This document shows positions 37,920-48,934 of a stretch of DNA of 64,000 nt, piece by piece (position 1 is the stretch's first letter; each line of letters opens with the position of its first letter). The DNA lies in contig CAZSTB010000002.1 of the NCBI GenBank assembly GCA_964609855.1, forward strand, positions 15,541 through 79,540, written 5' to 3'. The notes below the pieces were generated by a model that saw nothing but the letters and a program-made list of their open reading frames with translations, ran no database searches and had not been told where the DNA came from. Source of the DNA: an uncultured Bdellovibrionales bacterium. Its GTDB lineage: Bacteria; Patescibacteriota; Minisyncoccia; Moranbacterales; GWC2-37-73. The position numbers and the translations under genes were made by a program.

Positions 37920-39089
37920 TTATAATTTGACAGCAGTTTTTAACTCTTTCCCTTCACGGTCAATCAACAGTTCGATTTCATCACCCTTTTTAAATTGATT
38001 TATAACATTTGAAAGTGGGTTGTCTAAGTTTATATTTTGCCCGTTAACAGATATAATGATGTCATTTATCTTAAGACCTGCAATCTCAGCCGGAGAATCA
38101 GCAATGATGGCTAAATTTTGTTTTCCAGATGGTGACCATATTAGCGCACCCCTGTCGCGACTGATCTTATTGGCGATTGAATACTCTTTTGTAATGGAAA
38201 CATAATATGCACCAAGCATCGGGCGACTCTCAAAACCTCCACGCAAAACTCTGTCTAATGATTTCTCAATAGCAGCTGCTGGAATCTGAAAATATTTTTC
38301 CTTACCATCAATAGTCAGCATTCCAATTATACCGATAAGTTCCCCACTATACCCAATCACAGGACCTCCGATATATTCCTTTTGCTTTTGGAAATCATCT
38401 TCGAAAACACCCTCTAGTTTCTCAGAAGAAGCTACTGTTTTCCCGGCGAGATTAAAAGTCTTGTCAAGATTACTTAGCAGTCCTGATTCATAGCGGTTTT
38501 GGTATTCTCCAAATGAATTTCCAATTGCCACGATTTTTTTTCCCGGTCTCACGCTTGCGGAATCGGCCAGTGAGATAGCTGTCAAATTAGGTGCATCCAT
38601 CTTAAGATAGGCCAAATTAGAAAATTCATCGATTGCCACCAATTTAGCTTCGTAATAGTTTCCATTGAAAAGAAAAACGCTGTAGTTTGCATCTTCCTCT
38701 ATAATCGAATTACGATAAGTCACAATCATTCCATCGCTGGTAATTATAACGCCGGTACCACTTTGATTTACGGCTTTCAAATTTTTTGCTTGCATATCTT
38801 TTTGCGAGCTGACAGAAACGATATTCACCACAGCATTGGATGGTTGAGATGCAATTTCATTCACCGAGTCATCTTCCTTAATAATCACCTGCTCAGTTTT
38901 ATTGATAACCGTTACATTTTCAGCGGTTCTCTCAAGGAAGCTTATTTTGGATAAAACCTTATTGGTTCTTATGAGGGGCAAAATTTGTTGATCAAAATAG
39001 ACGCCTCCAATACCGCCAACAATAAAGATCAGAAACAGTGCAGCAATAATTTTCAGGGCCTTTTTCATTTTCATCATTTTTTCACTCAT
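37920..39089 (-). CDS. HtrA/DegP-family pseudo-protease (trypsin-like fold + PDZ, catalytic triad lost), membrane-anchored
   Basis: At the three positions where the adjacent true HtrA has TNKHVV / RDVAVIKV / GNSGGPL, this protein has TYRNSI / NLAYLKM / IGGPVIG. The PDZ region is retained. Confidence 0.7.
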   Translation of the reverse strand: MSEKMMKMKKALKIIAALFLIFIVGGIGGVYFDQQILPLIRTNKVLSKISFLERTAENVTVINKTEQVIIKEDDSVNEIASQPSNAVVNIVSVSSQKDMQAKNLKAVNQSGTGVIITSDGMIVTYRNSIIEEDANYSVFLFNGNYYEAKLVAIDEFSNLAYLKMDAPNLTAISLADSASVRPGKKIVAIGNSFGEYQNRYESGLLSNLDKTFNLAGKTVASSEKLEGVFEDDFQKQKEYIGGPVIGYSGELIGIIGMLTIDGKEKYFQIPAAAIEKSLDRVLRGGFESRPMLGAYYVSITKEYSIANKISRDRGALIWSPSGKQNLAIIADSPAEIAGLKINDIIISVNGQNINLDNPLSNVINQFKKGDEIELLIDREGKELKTAVKL

Positions 39090-39121
39090 TTAATTCGTAT
39101 TATAAAAAAAATTATTTACAT

Positions 39122-39976
39122 CTATACTACCGGGAGCCATCTGGCACTTGAAAGCACTACCCCAACCAATATTCCCAGAAAAAGCATGTTCCCAACAACG
39201 CGTTTTTTCGATAGTTCATCCAGGAAATGACTAGCTGCAAGATCCCAGAATACATAATAGAAAATAAGGGTAATCACGCCTGTTGTCAAGTAACCAAAAG
39301 GCCAAAAATTCAAAATCCAAACAATTTCTGCCATCACAAAACCCAGCACCAAGCTGTAATTTAAAACTAACTTCTTATCATCATTTATGAGTAAAAAATA
39401 TTGAAAACTAATTAAAACTGTAATCAGCATCAGCAAAAGCATCAAAATCCAAAGCGAAATACTAAAATTCAAATAGATTCCAAAAGCTACAGAATAAAAA
39501 AGAAAAATTGTGGCGACGCTTGCAGCGGCAATGATTCCTCTGGCTGTTTTGTCCTTTTTGCAGTTTCGAAGTCGATAAATTGCGATATGCATAAAATAAT
39601 ATGCGATCGCTCCCAGAGAAATCAAAAAATGTTCCTGTTTTTCAGATTGTACAAAGTAAAGAATCCCAAACATTGAAGCGACAAATGCAACAGGAATCAC
39701 CGTCATGTTCACGGAGCGACTTAACTTGTAAGCAACTTGAAAAAAATAATAGCCGCCAGAAAAAAGAAACAGTGTTAGCAATGACATTCTGCCGAACGAA
39801 GCTGACATGGAAATTATCTGCTCGCCGATGGAATCATAAGAAATAAATTCGAAAACAATAAGAAAAATCAAACTATAGAGAAATACGGAAACATGAAAAA
39901 ACATGAATATTAATCGTAAATAAATTAGGAAAAAACTCCTTACACGCATTTTCTCATTTTGCGGTAACTCTGTCAA
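39122..39976 (-). CDS. polytopic membrane protein (about 8 TM helices), unknown family
   Basis: Hydrophobic throughout. Its stop lies 33 nt upstream of the pseudo-HtrA start, so the two are probably co-transcribed. Confidence 0.45.
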   Translation of the reverse strand: MTELPQNEKMRVRSFFLIYLRLIFMFFHVSVFLYSLIFLIVFEFISYDSIGEQIISMSASFGRMSLLTLFLFSGGYYFFQVAYKLSRSVNMTVIPVAFVASMFGILYFVQSEKQEHFLISLGAIAYYFMHIAIYRLRNCKKDKTARGIIAAASVATIFLFYSVAFGIYLNFSISLWILMLLLMLITVLISFQYFLLINDDKKLVLNYSLVLGFVMAEIVWILNFWPFGYLTTGVITLIFYYVFWDLAASHFLDELSKKRVVGNMLFLGILVGVVLSSARWLPVV

Positions 39977-40073
39977 AGCAGTGAAAACTGAGATACGATC
40001 AATTTATAATCAGGATTTAAGCTGTCTTGTAAATTTAAAAAAGACTTGGATAAAAATCCAAGTCTTTTAAACG

Positions 40074-42689
40074 CTATTTAGTCAAGACGATTTTCTCATT
40101 TTCCAGATTCACTTTAACGCTGTCACCTTCAATAATTTTTTTCTCAATTATTTCAAGTGCCAACTCATCCAGAATTTCATTCTGAATGATTCTTTTCAGC
40201 GGCCTAGCACCATATGTTGGATCGTATCCCTTGGTCGTAAGATATGTTTTCGCTTCATTGGATACTTTTAACTTTATATTTTTTTCATCCAACCTCTTTT
40301 GCACCAATTTAAGCTGCAATTCAACTATCTGTTGCAGGATTTTCTTATCTAAAGGATGAAATATAATCAAGTCATCGATACGATTTAGGAATTCTGGCTT
40401 GAATTGCTCTCTCAGACTTGCCTGCACCTTGGCCCGCATCTCAGCTTCACTTGGAAGGTCTTCTCTGCGCTCACTTTGAAAACCGAATGATTGCATTTTG
40501 TAAATAATCTCACTACCAACGTTAGAAGTCATGACGATTACGGTATTTTTGAAATTTACCGTGCGTCCTTTGGAATCTGTCAATCTTCCGTCATCCAAAA
40601 TTTGCAGAAGAATATTGAAAACTTGCGGATGAGCTTTTTCAATTTCATCAAACAAAACCACGCTGTATGGCCTTCGCCTGACAATTTCCGTAAGTTGGCC
40701 ACCTTCTTCATAACCGACGTACCCAGGAGGAGAACCGACAATCTTGGCAGTAGAATGCGCTTCCATATATTCGCTCATATCTAATCTCACCAAAGACTTT
40801 GGGTCATTAAATAAAAATTCCGCCAAAGTTCGTGCCAATTCAGTTTTTCCGACCCCGGTTGGTCCTAGGAAAATAAACGAACCGATAGGTCTATTTTCTT
40901 CAGAAATCCCGGCACGCGAGCGTCTGACAGCATTAGAAACTGCTCTGATTGCCTCCTCCTGTCCGATAACTCTTTTCCCAAGTTCTTTCTCCATGTATGC
41001 AAGCTTTTCCAGTTCACCCTCAAGCATTTTGGAAACAGGAATTCCAGTCCAACGAGAAACTACTCGCGCGATATCTTCTTCTGTAACTTCCTCTTTCAAG
41101 ATAGAATTTTCTTTTTGGATTTTACTCAATTTCTTCTCATCTTCCTTAATTTTTTTCTCCAACAATGGAATTTTTCCATAACGAATCTCTGCGACCTTAT
41201 CCAATTCACCTTTGCGCTCAGCGACCTCAGCAAGCGAACGCAATTGATCGATTTCTTTTTTATGCACGCGACTTGAAGTGATCAAATCCTTTTCAGTTCG
41301 CCATTGCAAAGTTAAGCTGTTGGATTTTTCTTTCAGCTCAGCTAACTGCTTATTGATTTGCAATATTTTTCTCCTGGACTCTTTCGCCTTATCTCGTTGA
41401 ATCGCTTTTTTCTCGATTTCCAGCTGCCTGATTTTACGCTCCATTTGATCGATTTCAATCGGCATGGAATCGATCTGCATTCGCAGTGCTGAAGCCGCTT
41501 CATCAATTAAATCTACTGCCTTATCTGGCAAGAATCTATCACTGATATAACGTGATGATAATTTTACGGCTGCTTGCAAAGACGTATCAGTAATCTTTAC
41601 TCCATGATGCAACTCATATTTTTCCTTGATTCCACGTAGAATCGCTAACGAATCATCAACGGAGGGTTCACTAACCAGTACTGGTTGAAATCTTCTTTCA
41701 AGAGCGGCGTCTTTTTCAATATATTTCTGATACTCCTTAGTTGTTGTAGCGCCGATAGTTTTCAATTTTCCACGTGCAAGTGCGGGTTTGAGCATATTTG
41801 ACGCATCTAATGAGCCCTCTGTCGCCCCAGCGCCAACTAGCGTATGCAGCTCATCAATGAATACAATATATTTTCCTGCGGCATGTTCAGTCTCCTTAAG
41901 GATCGCTTTCAGTCGGTCCTCAAATTCACCGCGAAATTTAGCTCCCGCTAAAAGCGCAGCCAAATCCAGCGAAATCAGTTCTTTATCTTTCAAAGTTTCA
42001 GGAACATCACCAGAGGCAATTCGCTGAGCTAATCCCTCAACAATCGCAGTTTTCCCCGTTCCAGCTTCTCCAATAAGCACCGGGTTATTTTTTGTCCTTC
42101 GCGACAACACTTGCATGACGCGACGGATTTCTTCATCTCTTCCAATTACTGGATCCAATTTATCCTGCCTCGCTAAATTTGTAAGATTTATCGTATAGCG
42201 GTCGATCACTTGGAATTTTCCTTCCGGCTCTGGTGAATCAACCCTTTGTGATCCTCTGAGCTGTGAAAGAATCTGCAAAACTACTTCATATGTGACACCA
42301 CTTGCTTCCAACATCTTTTTAGCTGCTGAATTCGATGAAAGTGCCGCCAATAAAAGATGCTCCGTGGACACGAATTCATCATTGATACCATTCATCTCTT
42401 TTTCAGCTTTTTCCAATATTTCAACTAAAGACGGTGTAACTATAATTTGACCTATCACAGGAGCAATTCCCTTGGGATATTTTTGAATTTCTGCCAATGT
42501 GTCCTTTTTTAATTTATCAATATCCAGACCAATCTTAGCCAGTATTGTAGGCACAATGGAACCTTCTTGAGAAACCAATGAATTTAATAAATGGAAAACA
42601 TCAACTTGTTGCTGTCCGAGGGAAAGAGCCAGTTCCTGAGACTTCCGCAGAGCCTCTTGCGACTTTGTTGTAAATTTATTAATATCCAT
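40074..42689 (-). CDS. clpB: ClpB disaggregase (AAA+ chaperone)
   Basis: It has a Clp N-domain, two AAA modules ([16 protein letters not shown]) and a coiled-coil M-domain. The likely start is MDINKF. Confidence 0.95.
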   Translation of the reverse strand: MDINKFTTKSQEALRKSQELALSLGQQQVDVFHLLNSLVSQEGSIVPTILAKIGLDIDKLKKDTLAEIQKYPKGIAPVIGQIIVTPSLVEILEKAEKEMNGINDEFVSTEHLLLAALSSNSAAKKMLEASGVTYEVVLQILSQLRGSQRVDSPEPEGKFQVIDRYTINLTNLARQDKLDPVIGRDEEIRRVMQVLSRRTKNNPVLIGEAGTGKTAIVEGLAQRIASGDVPETLKDKELISLDLAALLAGAKFRGEFEDRLKAILKETEHAAGKYIVFIDELHTLVGAGATEGSLDASNMLKPALARGKLKTIGATTTKEYQKYIEKDAALERRFQPVLVSEPSVDDSLAILRGIKEKYELHHGVKITDTSLQAAVKLSSRYISDRFLPDKAVDLIDEAASALRMQIDSMPIEIDQMERKIRQLEIEKKAIQRDKAKESRRKILQINKQLAELKEKSNSLTLQWRTEKDLITSSRVHKKEIDQLRSLAEVAERKGELDKVAEIRYGKIPLLEKKIKEDEKKLSKIQKENSILKEEVTEEDIARVVSRWTGIPVSKMLEGELEKLAYMEKELGKRVIGQEEAIRAVSNAVRRSRAGISEENRPIGSFIFLGPTGVGKTELARTLAEFLFNDPKSLVRLDMSEYMEAHSTAKIVGSPPGYVGYEEGGQLTEIVRRRPYSVVLFDEIEKAHPQVFNILLQILDDGRLTDSKGRTVNFKNTVIVMTSNVGSEIIYKMQSFGFQSERREDLPSEAEMRAKVQASLREQFKPEFLNRIDDLIIFHPLDKKILQQIVELQLKLVQKRLDEKNIKLKVSNEAKTYLTTKGYDPTYGARPLKRIIQNEILDELALEIIEKKIIEGDSVKVNLENEKIVLTK

Positions 42690-42761
42690 AATTGAAATTA
42701 TTCCAAAATACAACATTCAACGCACTATTGGACGAGGTTTGCACGTTGCATTTTGATTAGC

Positions 42762-44084
42762 TTATTGTTTTAACTCTTGTAATTTAACTTTCACATCTTT
42801 TGTTTGTCCTTTGTGCCAGATTTTTAAAGCAATTTCATCGCCGACTTCATATTTTACTATCATATCACCTAACTGATTATCTTTTGTAATCTTTTCTCCA
42901 TTAATTTCTAAAATAATGTCATTTTCGTTAATGCCGGCAATATCTGCAGGTGAGCCTGGAATTACTGCGAAATCAGTCAATTTATTTCCTCGCATAACCA
43001 AAACACCGTAATCGAAGGGCAATTGAGCTTCTCTTTGAACAATTGAATCAACCGCAATATATCTTACTCCAAGGTAAGGAACTGTCACCCTGACTCCTTT
43101 CTCAACCTGGTCAATTATGCGCTTAACTTGATTTACTGGCAATGCGAAACCCACATTTTGAGCTCCTTGCGCAGTAGCAACGTTTATCCCTATTACATTA
43201 CCTTCAATGTCTAAAAGTGGTCCGCCTGAATTTCCTGGATTTATCGCAGCATCAGTTTGGATGATATCAGTCAATCTCTCAGTCTCCCCAACGCGCGAAC
43301 CTGCATTCACATTTCGCTTCAAGCCTGAAACAATCCCCCTGCTCACTGAATTTGAAAATTCTCCCAACGAATTACCGATTGCAATGGTAGTTTGGCCGAT
43401 TTTTAAAGAGTCGGAGTTTCCCAATGGTAAAACTGGAAAATCATTGCCCTCAACCTTAATCACCGCAACATCTCTTACGGGATCTTGAGTTAAAACTTTG
43501 GCAACATATTCCTTGCCATCATTCGTGATTACTTTGTATTCCGCCTGCTTATCGCTCACCACATGCTTATTGGTTAAAATTAGACCATCAGATGTGATGA
43601 AAAATCCGCTTCCTGCCCCAATCTGCTGCTTCTGCTCCCCGTTATCATCATTATTTTCATCTCCGTTTTCAAATCCAAAAAATGGATTAAAAAAGAAAGG
43701 GTTCATAGAACTGGCAACATCTTTTGAAACAATGATGCTGACTACAGCTATCGAAGATTTTTCAACAACATCAATAACAGCTGAATCTTCAATTATAACC
43801 TGCTGCCTACTGACAACCGGATTTAAAGATTCCGATTTAAACATAGGCAAATACTCCCCGATTTTTTGTTCAAATTTTGGAGAAAGTACACTCACAATGC
43901 CAGCGGAAAAAAATCCAAACAGCGCACCAAAAAAGGATGACGCTACAATTGCAACAACCATCAATGCCAAAAGAAATTTTATACTCAGAGCTTTCTCGTT
44001 TTTTTTAATTTCCTTTGGCTTTTCAAAGATTTCTTTTCCTGTTTCCATATTCATGGTTAGAAAATTTATATGAGCCAGGGCCAA
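42762..44084 (-). CDS. htrA: HtrA/DegP serine protease with PDZ domain
   Basis: The catalytic His (TNKHVV), Asp (RDVAVIKV) and Ser (GNSGGPLL) are all present, with an N-terminal TM anchor. Confidence 0.85.
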   Translation of the reverse strand: MALAHINFLTMNMETGKEIFEKPKEIKKNEKALSIKFLLALMVVAIVASSFFGALFGFFSAGIVSVLSPKFEQKIGEYLPMFKSESLNPVVSRQQVIIEDSAVIDVVEKSSIAVVSIIVSKDVASSMNPFFFNPFFGFENGDENNDDNGEQKQQIGAGSGFFITSDGLILTNKHVVSDKQAEYKVITNDGKEYVAKVLTQDPVRDVAVIKVEGNDFPVLPLGNSDSLKIGQTTIAIGNSLGEFSNSVSRGIVSGLKRNVNAGSRVGETERLTDIIQTDAAINPGNSGGPLLDIEGNVIGINVATAQGAQNVGFALPVNQVKRIIDQVEKGVRVTVPYLGVRYIAVDSIVQREAQLPFDYGVLVMRGNKLTDFAVIPGSPADIAGINENDIILEINGEKITKDNQLGDMIVKYEVGDEIALKIWHKGQTKDVKVKLQELKQ

Positions 44085-44159
44085 ATAAATTTTTTCATTA
44101 ATTTTTACTTAAATTTTAAAGTAATTATAATAAAAAATCGATTCGAATTTAAAAATAAT

Positions 44160-44400
44160 AGCAGTCTTTTCCAATACCCTAGGGGAAGCCTTGAGGTACC
44201 TGCCTGCTGGCAGACAGGTTAAACCTTTTGATGTCGTCGCTCCCTGTCTGCCATACCTACGGCAGATAAACCAATAGGGCTCGGAAATTGAAAAGAGCAC
44301 TTTTCTTTTCGCTCGATAATAAAGATTTTTACTCCCTAAAACCCACCCGTTGTAATGGCTGAGATTTGGGAGACCTATTGGTTATACAAGTAGAATTATA
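44160..44400. ncRNA. candidate structured non-coding RNA or leader (GC-rich, several stable hairpins) upstream of htrA
   Basis: The hairpins are ACCTGCCTGC-TG-GCAGACAGGT, CTGTCTGCC…GGCAGATA and CCCTAGGG. GC content is well above the surrounding AT-rich intergenic DNA, and there is no plausible ORF. I found no RNase P or tmRNA core motifs. Confidence 0.2.
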
Positions 44401-44536
44401 TTATTCTTCTGAACTATAATCAAAAATAAGCTTCTACGTTAAAACAATTTATTGTCGAACGAAGTCGAGCGAAACGAAAATTCATTTTCGTTTCGCTCCC
44501 TACCGGTAGGCAGGCTTGCCCCGGGGTTGATGCCTT

Positions 44537-44725
44537 TTATTCTTCGATTGAAATCGCACTAACTGGACAGCTGTCTGCAGCCTCCTGACAGCAAGCAATT
44601 TCTCCGCATTCTTCAACAATTACATGTGATTTTCCGTCCGCTTCCATCTTGAAAGCTGAGGGACAAAGGGATTCGCATGTTCCACATCCGATACATAGAT
44701 CATGATTTACATTTGGTTTTGACAT
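44537..44725 (-). CDS. small [4Fe-4S] ferredoxin
   Basis: CIGCGTCESLCP…C…CPV is the cluster-binding pattern, and the protein is 62 aa. Confidence 0.75.
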   Translation of the reverse strand: MSKPNVNHDLCIGCGTCESLCPSAFKMEADGKSHVIVEECGEIACCQEAADSCPVSAISIEE

Positions 44726-44758
44726 ATTTTTTTATTATAAATAATTATTAATTAATTT

Positions 44759-45850
44759 TTAGAGCAATAATGATGCGTCTCCTTGAGCATTTTCGCGTTG
44801 TAGCTTCTCAAATGAGCGCATTTCCTCTTCAGTAAATTCAACCGTAGCCCCAAGCGAATTCCATTGAAATTCTTTCATAGGCAAAACAACATCTAAATCT
44901 TTCTTTTCGCGCTCCAGCCAATCAGCAAAGGTTTTCTTAGCGACGAATATTTGTCTAATTTTGACTGTTTCTTCCTCTTCAGTCTTTTTTCTCTCCTCTA
45001 CATCAACTATATGAAATCCGACAGAACTTTCGATGACGGAGTTCTTCTCCGAAACTTTCCCGGAAAATAAAGCTTCTTGTAGTTCAACTAAAACCTGATC
45101 TTTATTTACCCACCCCAACTCTCCATTTTTTTCCTTAGAGAACCCCTCCGAATGACTACGCACAACTTCGGAAAATTCTTTTCCAGCATTCAATGCAAGC
45201 TGAGCTTGCTTTATTTTATCTTCTGCCTGCTTATTTAAAAGTGCATTCTCAGAAAAAACAGATTCCGCCAAAGCCTCGCTGTACATACTTGGAAGAACTA
45301 TTTTAATTTTGAAATCTTCCATATCCCATCCATAAGATTTCATCAAATCTTCTTTCACCTGGTCGGCAGTTCCAAATTCATTTAACTTTTGTGCAACTTT
45401 CTTATCAACATCTACTTGCGAAATTTTAATTCCACGCTTCTTAGCTAAGATTTCAATCGCACGATCTTCAATCATCTTATCTAAAACTTCCCGTTGTTTT
45501 ATTTTCAGTCTTTTTTTACCAATTTCTGTTGTAAAATCTACACGTAATCCTTCTTGGGAAAAATTTTGCATTCGGTAAAATCTTTCCACTGAATTCATGT
45601 TGCTTTGGAGGTCTTTGAGATAAACTGGGTGTCTCCAGTCCACAATTGCAGCCGGAAAAGGAATTACGATGGATATTTTTGCAGCAATCTTTTGTCCGAT
45701 TTCAGTATCTGTACCATATGCCAAAACACTTCCTAAGCCTATCATGAAAAACACTAAGATTAGAAAGGCATAAACCATCGTTGAAACAGAAACCTTAATA
45801 GCCTTTTCTCCGTCTTTTATGGTGAGTATTTTCTTTTGTTTTTTTTTCAT
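44759..45850 (-). CDS. membrane-anchored parvulin-type peptidyl-prolyl isomerase (PrsA/SurA-like)
   Basis: N-terminal TM helix, then the PpiC-type region EFSEVVRSHSEG…ELGWVNKDQVLVELQEALF…GFHIV. Confidence 0.65.
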   Translation of the reverse strand: MKKKQKKILTIKDGEKAIKVSVSTMVYAFLILVFFMIGLGSVLAYGTDTEIGQKIAAKISIVIPFPAAIVDWRHPVYLKDLQSNMNSVERFYRMQNFSQEGLRVDFTTEIGKKRLKIKQREVLDKMIEDRAIEILAKKRGIKISQVDVDKKVAQKLNEFGTADQVKEDLMKSYGWDMEDFKIKIVLPSMYSEALAESVFSENALLNKQAEDKIKQAQLALNAGKEFSEVVRSHSEGFSKEKNGELGWVNKDQVLVELQEALFSGKVSEKNSVIESSVGFHIVDVEERKKTEEEETVKIRQIFVAKKTFADWLEREKKDLDVVLPMKEFQWNSLGATVEFTEEEMRSFEKLQRENAQGDASLLL

Positions 45851-45866
45851 ATCCAGAATCAGTTTT

Positions 45867-46250
45867 TTAATATTTAAAGAAAAGATTCCACCATTTCAGG
45901 TAATTTGGTGTGACAATCTCATCTGGCAACTCTTTCAAATCATCGACTATCAACTGTTCTTGTTCAGTAACATTAGGCTTTATAACAACAACTTTTTCAT
46001 CAGGTTTTTGAAGATTTAACTTCTCCTTGGCAACTTTCTCTTGAAATTCGGACGTTTGCAGATAAGCAATTTTTTGTGAAAGTGCAGTATTCTCGCCTTG
46101 AATTCGCTGAGCATTAAGCTTCAATTCTTCAACTTCTTTTTCAATTTTTCGGGAACGATAAGCCTCTTGAAAAGCATTTGTGGATATGGTAGCAGCCAAA
46201 ATTATACCAGCAATAAAGAAAACCGCGATAAAAGAAAATTTTGTTTTCAT
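45867..46250 (-). CDS. FtsB/DivIC-like septum formation initiator
   Basis: N-terminal TM followed by a coiled-coil (…EVEELKLNAQRIQGENTALSQKIAYLQ…) and a short extracytoplasmic tail. Confidence 0.5.
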   Translation of the reverse strand: MKTKFSFIAVFFIAGIILAATISTNAFQEAYRSRKIEKEVEELKLNAQRIQGENTALSQKIAYLQTSEFQEKVAKEKLNLQKPDEKVVVIKPNVTEQEQLIVDDLKELPDEIVTPNYLKWWNLFFKY

Positions 46251-46460
46251 TTGTGTTGTTTTAAACTAATTGCCGATAAAAAGCGATGAGACTGATAATC
46301 CAATCATTGAAACAATACCCAGGATTGAGATTACTACCCACATTATTTTAGCTCTTCGTTTTCTTTTTTTATGACTCATTTTTTAAATTCTATATGATTT
46401 AATTCCCATTTAACAATAATAGCATTTTATCAAAAATTGGAAAAATTCACAACTCTGAAA

Positions 46461-48251
46461 CTATCTCTTAAGTACTGCCAGATAAGCTTCGGAAGGAACT
46501 TGGACTTTCCCGATGTTCTGCATTTTTTTCTTACCTTTCTTCTGCTTATCCAACAGTTTATTTTTTCTGGTCACATCCCCACCATAAAGTTTCGCGATTA
46601 CATCTTTGCGGAATGGTCGGATTGTTTCGCGTGCAATAATCTTAGCTCCAATAGAAGCCTGCACTGGAATCACGAAGTTTTGGCGAGGAATTGCGCCTGC
46701 CAATTTTTCAACGATTCTCTTTCCCTCTCTGTGTGCCCAATCCCTGGGAACGATTCGTGATAATGCTTCCACGGCTTCGCCAGCTAAAAGTATATCCAAC
46801 TTAATCAAATCAGATTTACGATAGCCTATAACATCGTAGCTCATAGATGCATATCCGGATGATACGCTTTTAAGATCATCATGAAAATTTACAATGATGT
46901 CCATCAAAGGAACTTCGAAACTTAAGAGAATACGTTCAAGATCTATATATTCAGTATTCAGATATGCGCTGCGTAGTGTGCCCATTAATTCCATAATCGA
47001 TCCCAGATACGTGGCTGGCGTGATAATATCCAGTTTTACATATGGCTCAAAAATCTCATTGAGCTGTGAAGGATCTGGCATCTGCGTAGCGCTATAAATC
47101 TTTTTCAGTTCATCGTTTCCTTTCAGAGTAATTTCATAGACTACGCTTGGCGTTGTAATTGTTGGAGAAAAATCAAATTCCCGCTCAAGTCTCTCCCTGA
47201 TAATTTCCAAATGCAGCAATCCTAAAAATCCACAACGGAATCCTTTTCCAAGTGCCAGATTACTTTCAGGTTCAAAAACAAATGACGCGTCGTTCAACTT
47301 CAATTTCTCCAACGCATCGCGCATGGCATTGTAGGCATCGCCTTCAATTGGATAAAGTCCCGCATATACCATCGGACGAACTTCCTTATATCCTGGTAGA
47401 CTCTGCACCAAGGCTCTGTCACCCTCAACAGTAATTGTATCTCCCACGCGACAAAATTCCACGCTCTTAAGTCCGGTTGCAATATATCCAATATCGCCGG
47501 CAGTCAGCATTTCTGTTGGTGAAAATTCAGGCTTAAAATATCCGACTTCAATCACTCCTGATTCTTTTTGCGTTGCCATCATTCGAATTTCATCGTCACG
47601 CTTTACATGGCCGTCAACTATTCTCACGTAAGCAAGCACTCCTTTGTAGGTATCATATTTAGAATCGAAAATTAACGCGCGCAGGGGTTTTTCAGAATCT
47701 CCAATTGGCGCTGGAATTTTTTCCACAATTGTTTTTAAAATTTCCTCCACACCGATTCCGGTTTTACCAGAGGCTTCCAAAATCTCTTCTTCTTTGCAGC
47801 CTAAAATATGCATGATTTCTTTTTTGGTTTTTTCCACGTTAGCATTTGGAAGATCAACCTTATTCACAACGGGGATTATCTCCAAATCCTGTTCGATTGC
47901 CAAGTAAAGATTTGAGAGTGTCTGAGCCTGCACGCCTTTGGTGGCGTCCACTAGGAGCACAGCACCCTCAACTGCAGCTAACGACCTGGAAACTTCATAA
48001 CCGAAATCAACATGTCCTGGCGTATCTATAAGATTCAAAACATATTCCTGCCCATCATAACTGTAGTTCATCCTCGCTGGCTGCAATTTAATCGTAATTC
48101 CACGTTCACGCTCAAGATCCATCTGATCCAATAATTGTTCCTTCATCCTTCTCTTATCAACTGTGTTTGTCACCTCTAAAAGACGATCAGCTAAGGTGGA
48201 TTTTCCGTGATCAATATGCGCAATTATGCAAAAATTTCTAACGTTTTTCAT
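46461..48251 (-). CDS. lepA: elongation factor 4 (LepA)
   Basis: The N-terminus NFCIIAHIDHGKSTLADRLL is diagnostic. It is a full-length GTPase with the LepA C-terminal domain. Confidence 0.95.
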   Translation of the reverse strand: MKNVRNFCIIAHIDHGKSTLADRLLEVTNTVDKRRMKEQLLDQMDLERERGITIKLQPARMNYSYDGQEYVLNLIDTPGHVDFGYEVSRSLAAVEGAVLLVDATKGVQAQTLSNLYLAIEQDLEIIPVVNKVDLPNANVEKTKKEIMHILGCKEEEILEASGKTGIGVEEILKTIVEKIPAPIGDSEKPLRALIFDSKYDTYKGVLAYVRIVDGHVKRDDEIRMMATQKESGVIEVGYFKPEFSPTEMLTAGDIGYIATGLKSVEFCRVGDTITVEGDRALVQSLPGYKEVRPMVYAGLYPIEGDAYNAMRDALEKLKLNDASFVFEPESNLALGKGFRCGFLGLLHLEIIRERLEREFDFSPTITTPSVVYEITLKGNDELKKIYSATQMPDPSQLNEIFEPYVKLDIITPATYLGSIMELMGTLRSAYLNTEYIDLERILLSFEVPLMDIIVNFHDDLKSVSSGYASMSYDVIGYRKSDLIKLDILLAGEAVEALSRIVPRDWAHREGKRIVEKLAGAIPRQNFVIPVQASIGAKIIARETIRPFRKDVIAKLYGGDVTRKNKLLDKQKKGKKKMQNIGKVQVPSEAYLAVLKR

Positions 48252-48380
48252 ATTTTATAGTTACCACTTTCTTGTTAGGTATTTCAAAGCTTACAATATC
48301 TATCATAGCCTTAGATTGAGAATTAATCAAGAAAAAAGGGACTTCAGCGTTTACGCCAAAGTCCCCAGCATTTTTCAACC

Positions 48381-48833
48381 CTACTCATACAATTGTAAAG
48401 CTCTTCTTTCATTGTCAGTACTTTCATTAAAGGACGCTTCACAAGTGACCCGCCGATGCGAGATGTTCATATCGAGAATATGACCACTGTTGATGAGTCT
48501 GAATTTCACTATTGACCCACCGGGGTCTTCGCCGATCCACCCATAATTAGTGAGGAGTATCACTTTCCCCCTACTGAGTTTGTTAGCTCTCGAGCTTATT
48601 TTTTCCAGCCACTCCTCCGAAATAGTATGCCCGTCAGCTATTTCCTCAAATCTTTTTCGCACAATCAATCTGGGAAATTTCTCCAGATTCGCGCAAGTAA
48701 AGTTTGCGATATCTATCGCCAGAGATTCGTCGATTTCCTCAAACTGATCCCTGTAGACCCAGTTTGAGTCATTGAAAGCAAAAACTTCCTGGGAAAACAT
48801 GAGCAGCATGAAGAAAAAAAGCACTCTCGCCAT
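48381..48833 (-). CDS. secreted hypothetical protein
   Basis: It has a signal peptide (MARVLFFFMLLMFSQEVFA). Confidence 0.4.
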   Translation of the reverse strand: MARVLFFFMLLMFSQEVFAFNDSNWVYRDQFEEIDESLAIDIANFTCANLEKFPRLIVRKRFEEIADGHTISEEWLEKISSRANKLSRGKVILLTNYGWIGEDPGGSIVKFRLINSGHILDMNISHRRVTCEASFNESTDNERRALQLYE

Positions 48834-48934
48834 TGCATCCTCCGTTTAATTCAATTGCGTCCGAAGACGTTTTTAGGAACATTGACACTAATTATCCATT
48901 ATACTACTAAATTCAATCCTTGTCAATACCACTG

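Noticed and set aside
44160-44400. RNase P RNA or tmRNA identity for the structured region
   Set aside because: I could not find the P4 helix motifs (AGGAAAGUCCGGGC / ACAGAACCCGGCUUA), a tRNA-like GGUUCGA T-arm or a tag-peptide reading frame on either strand. It is left as an unassigned candidate.
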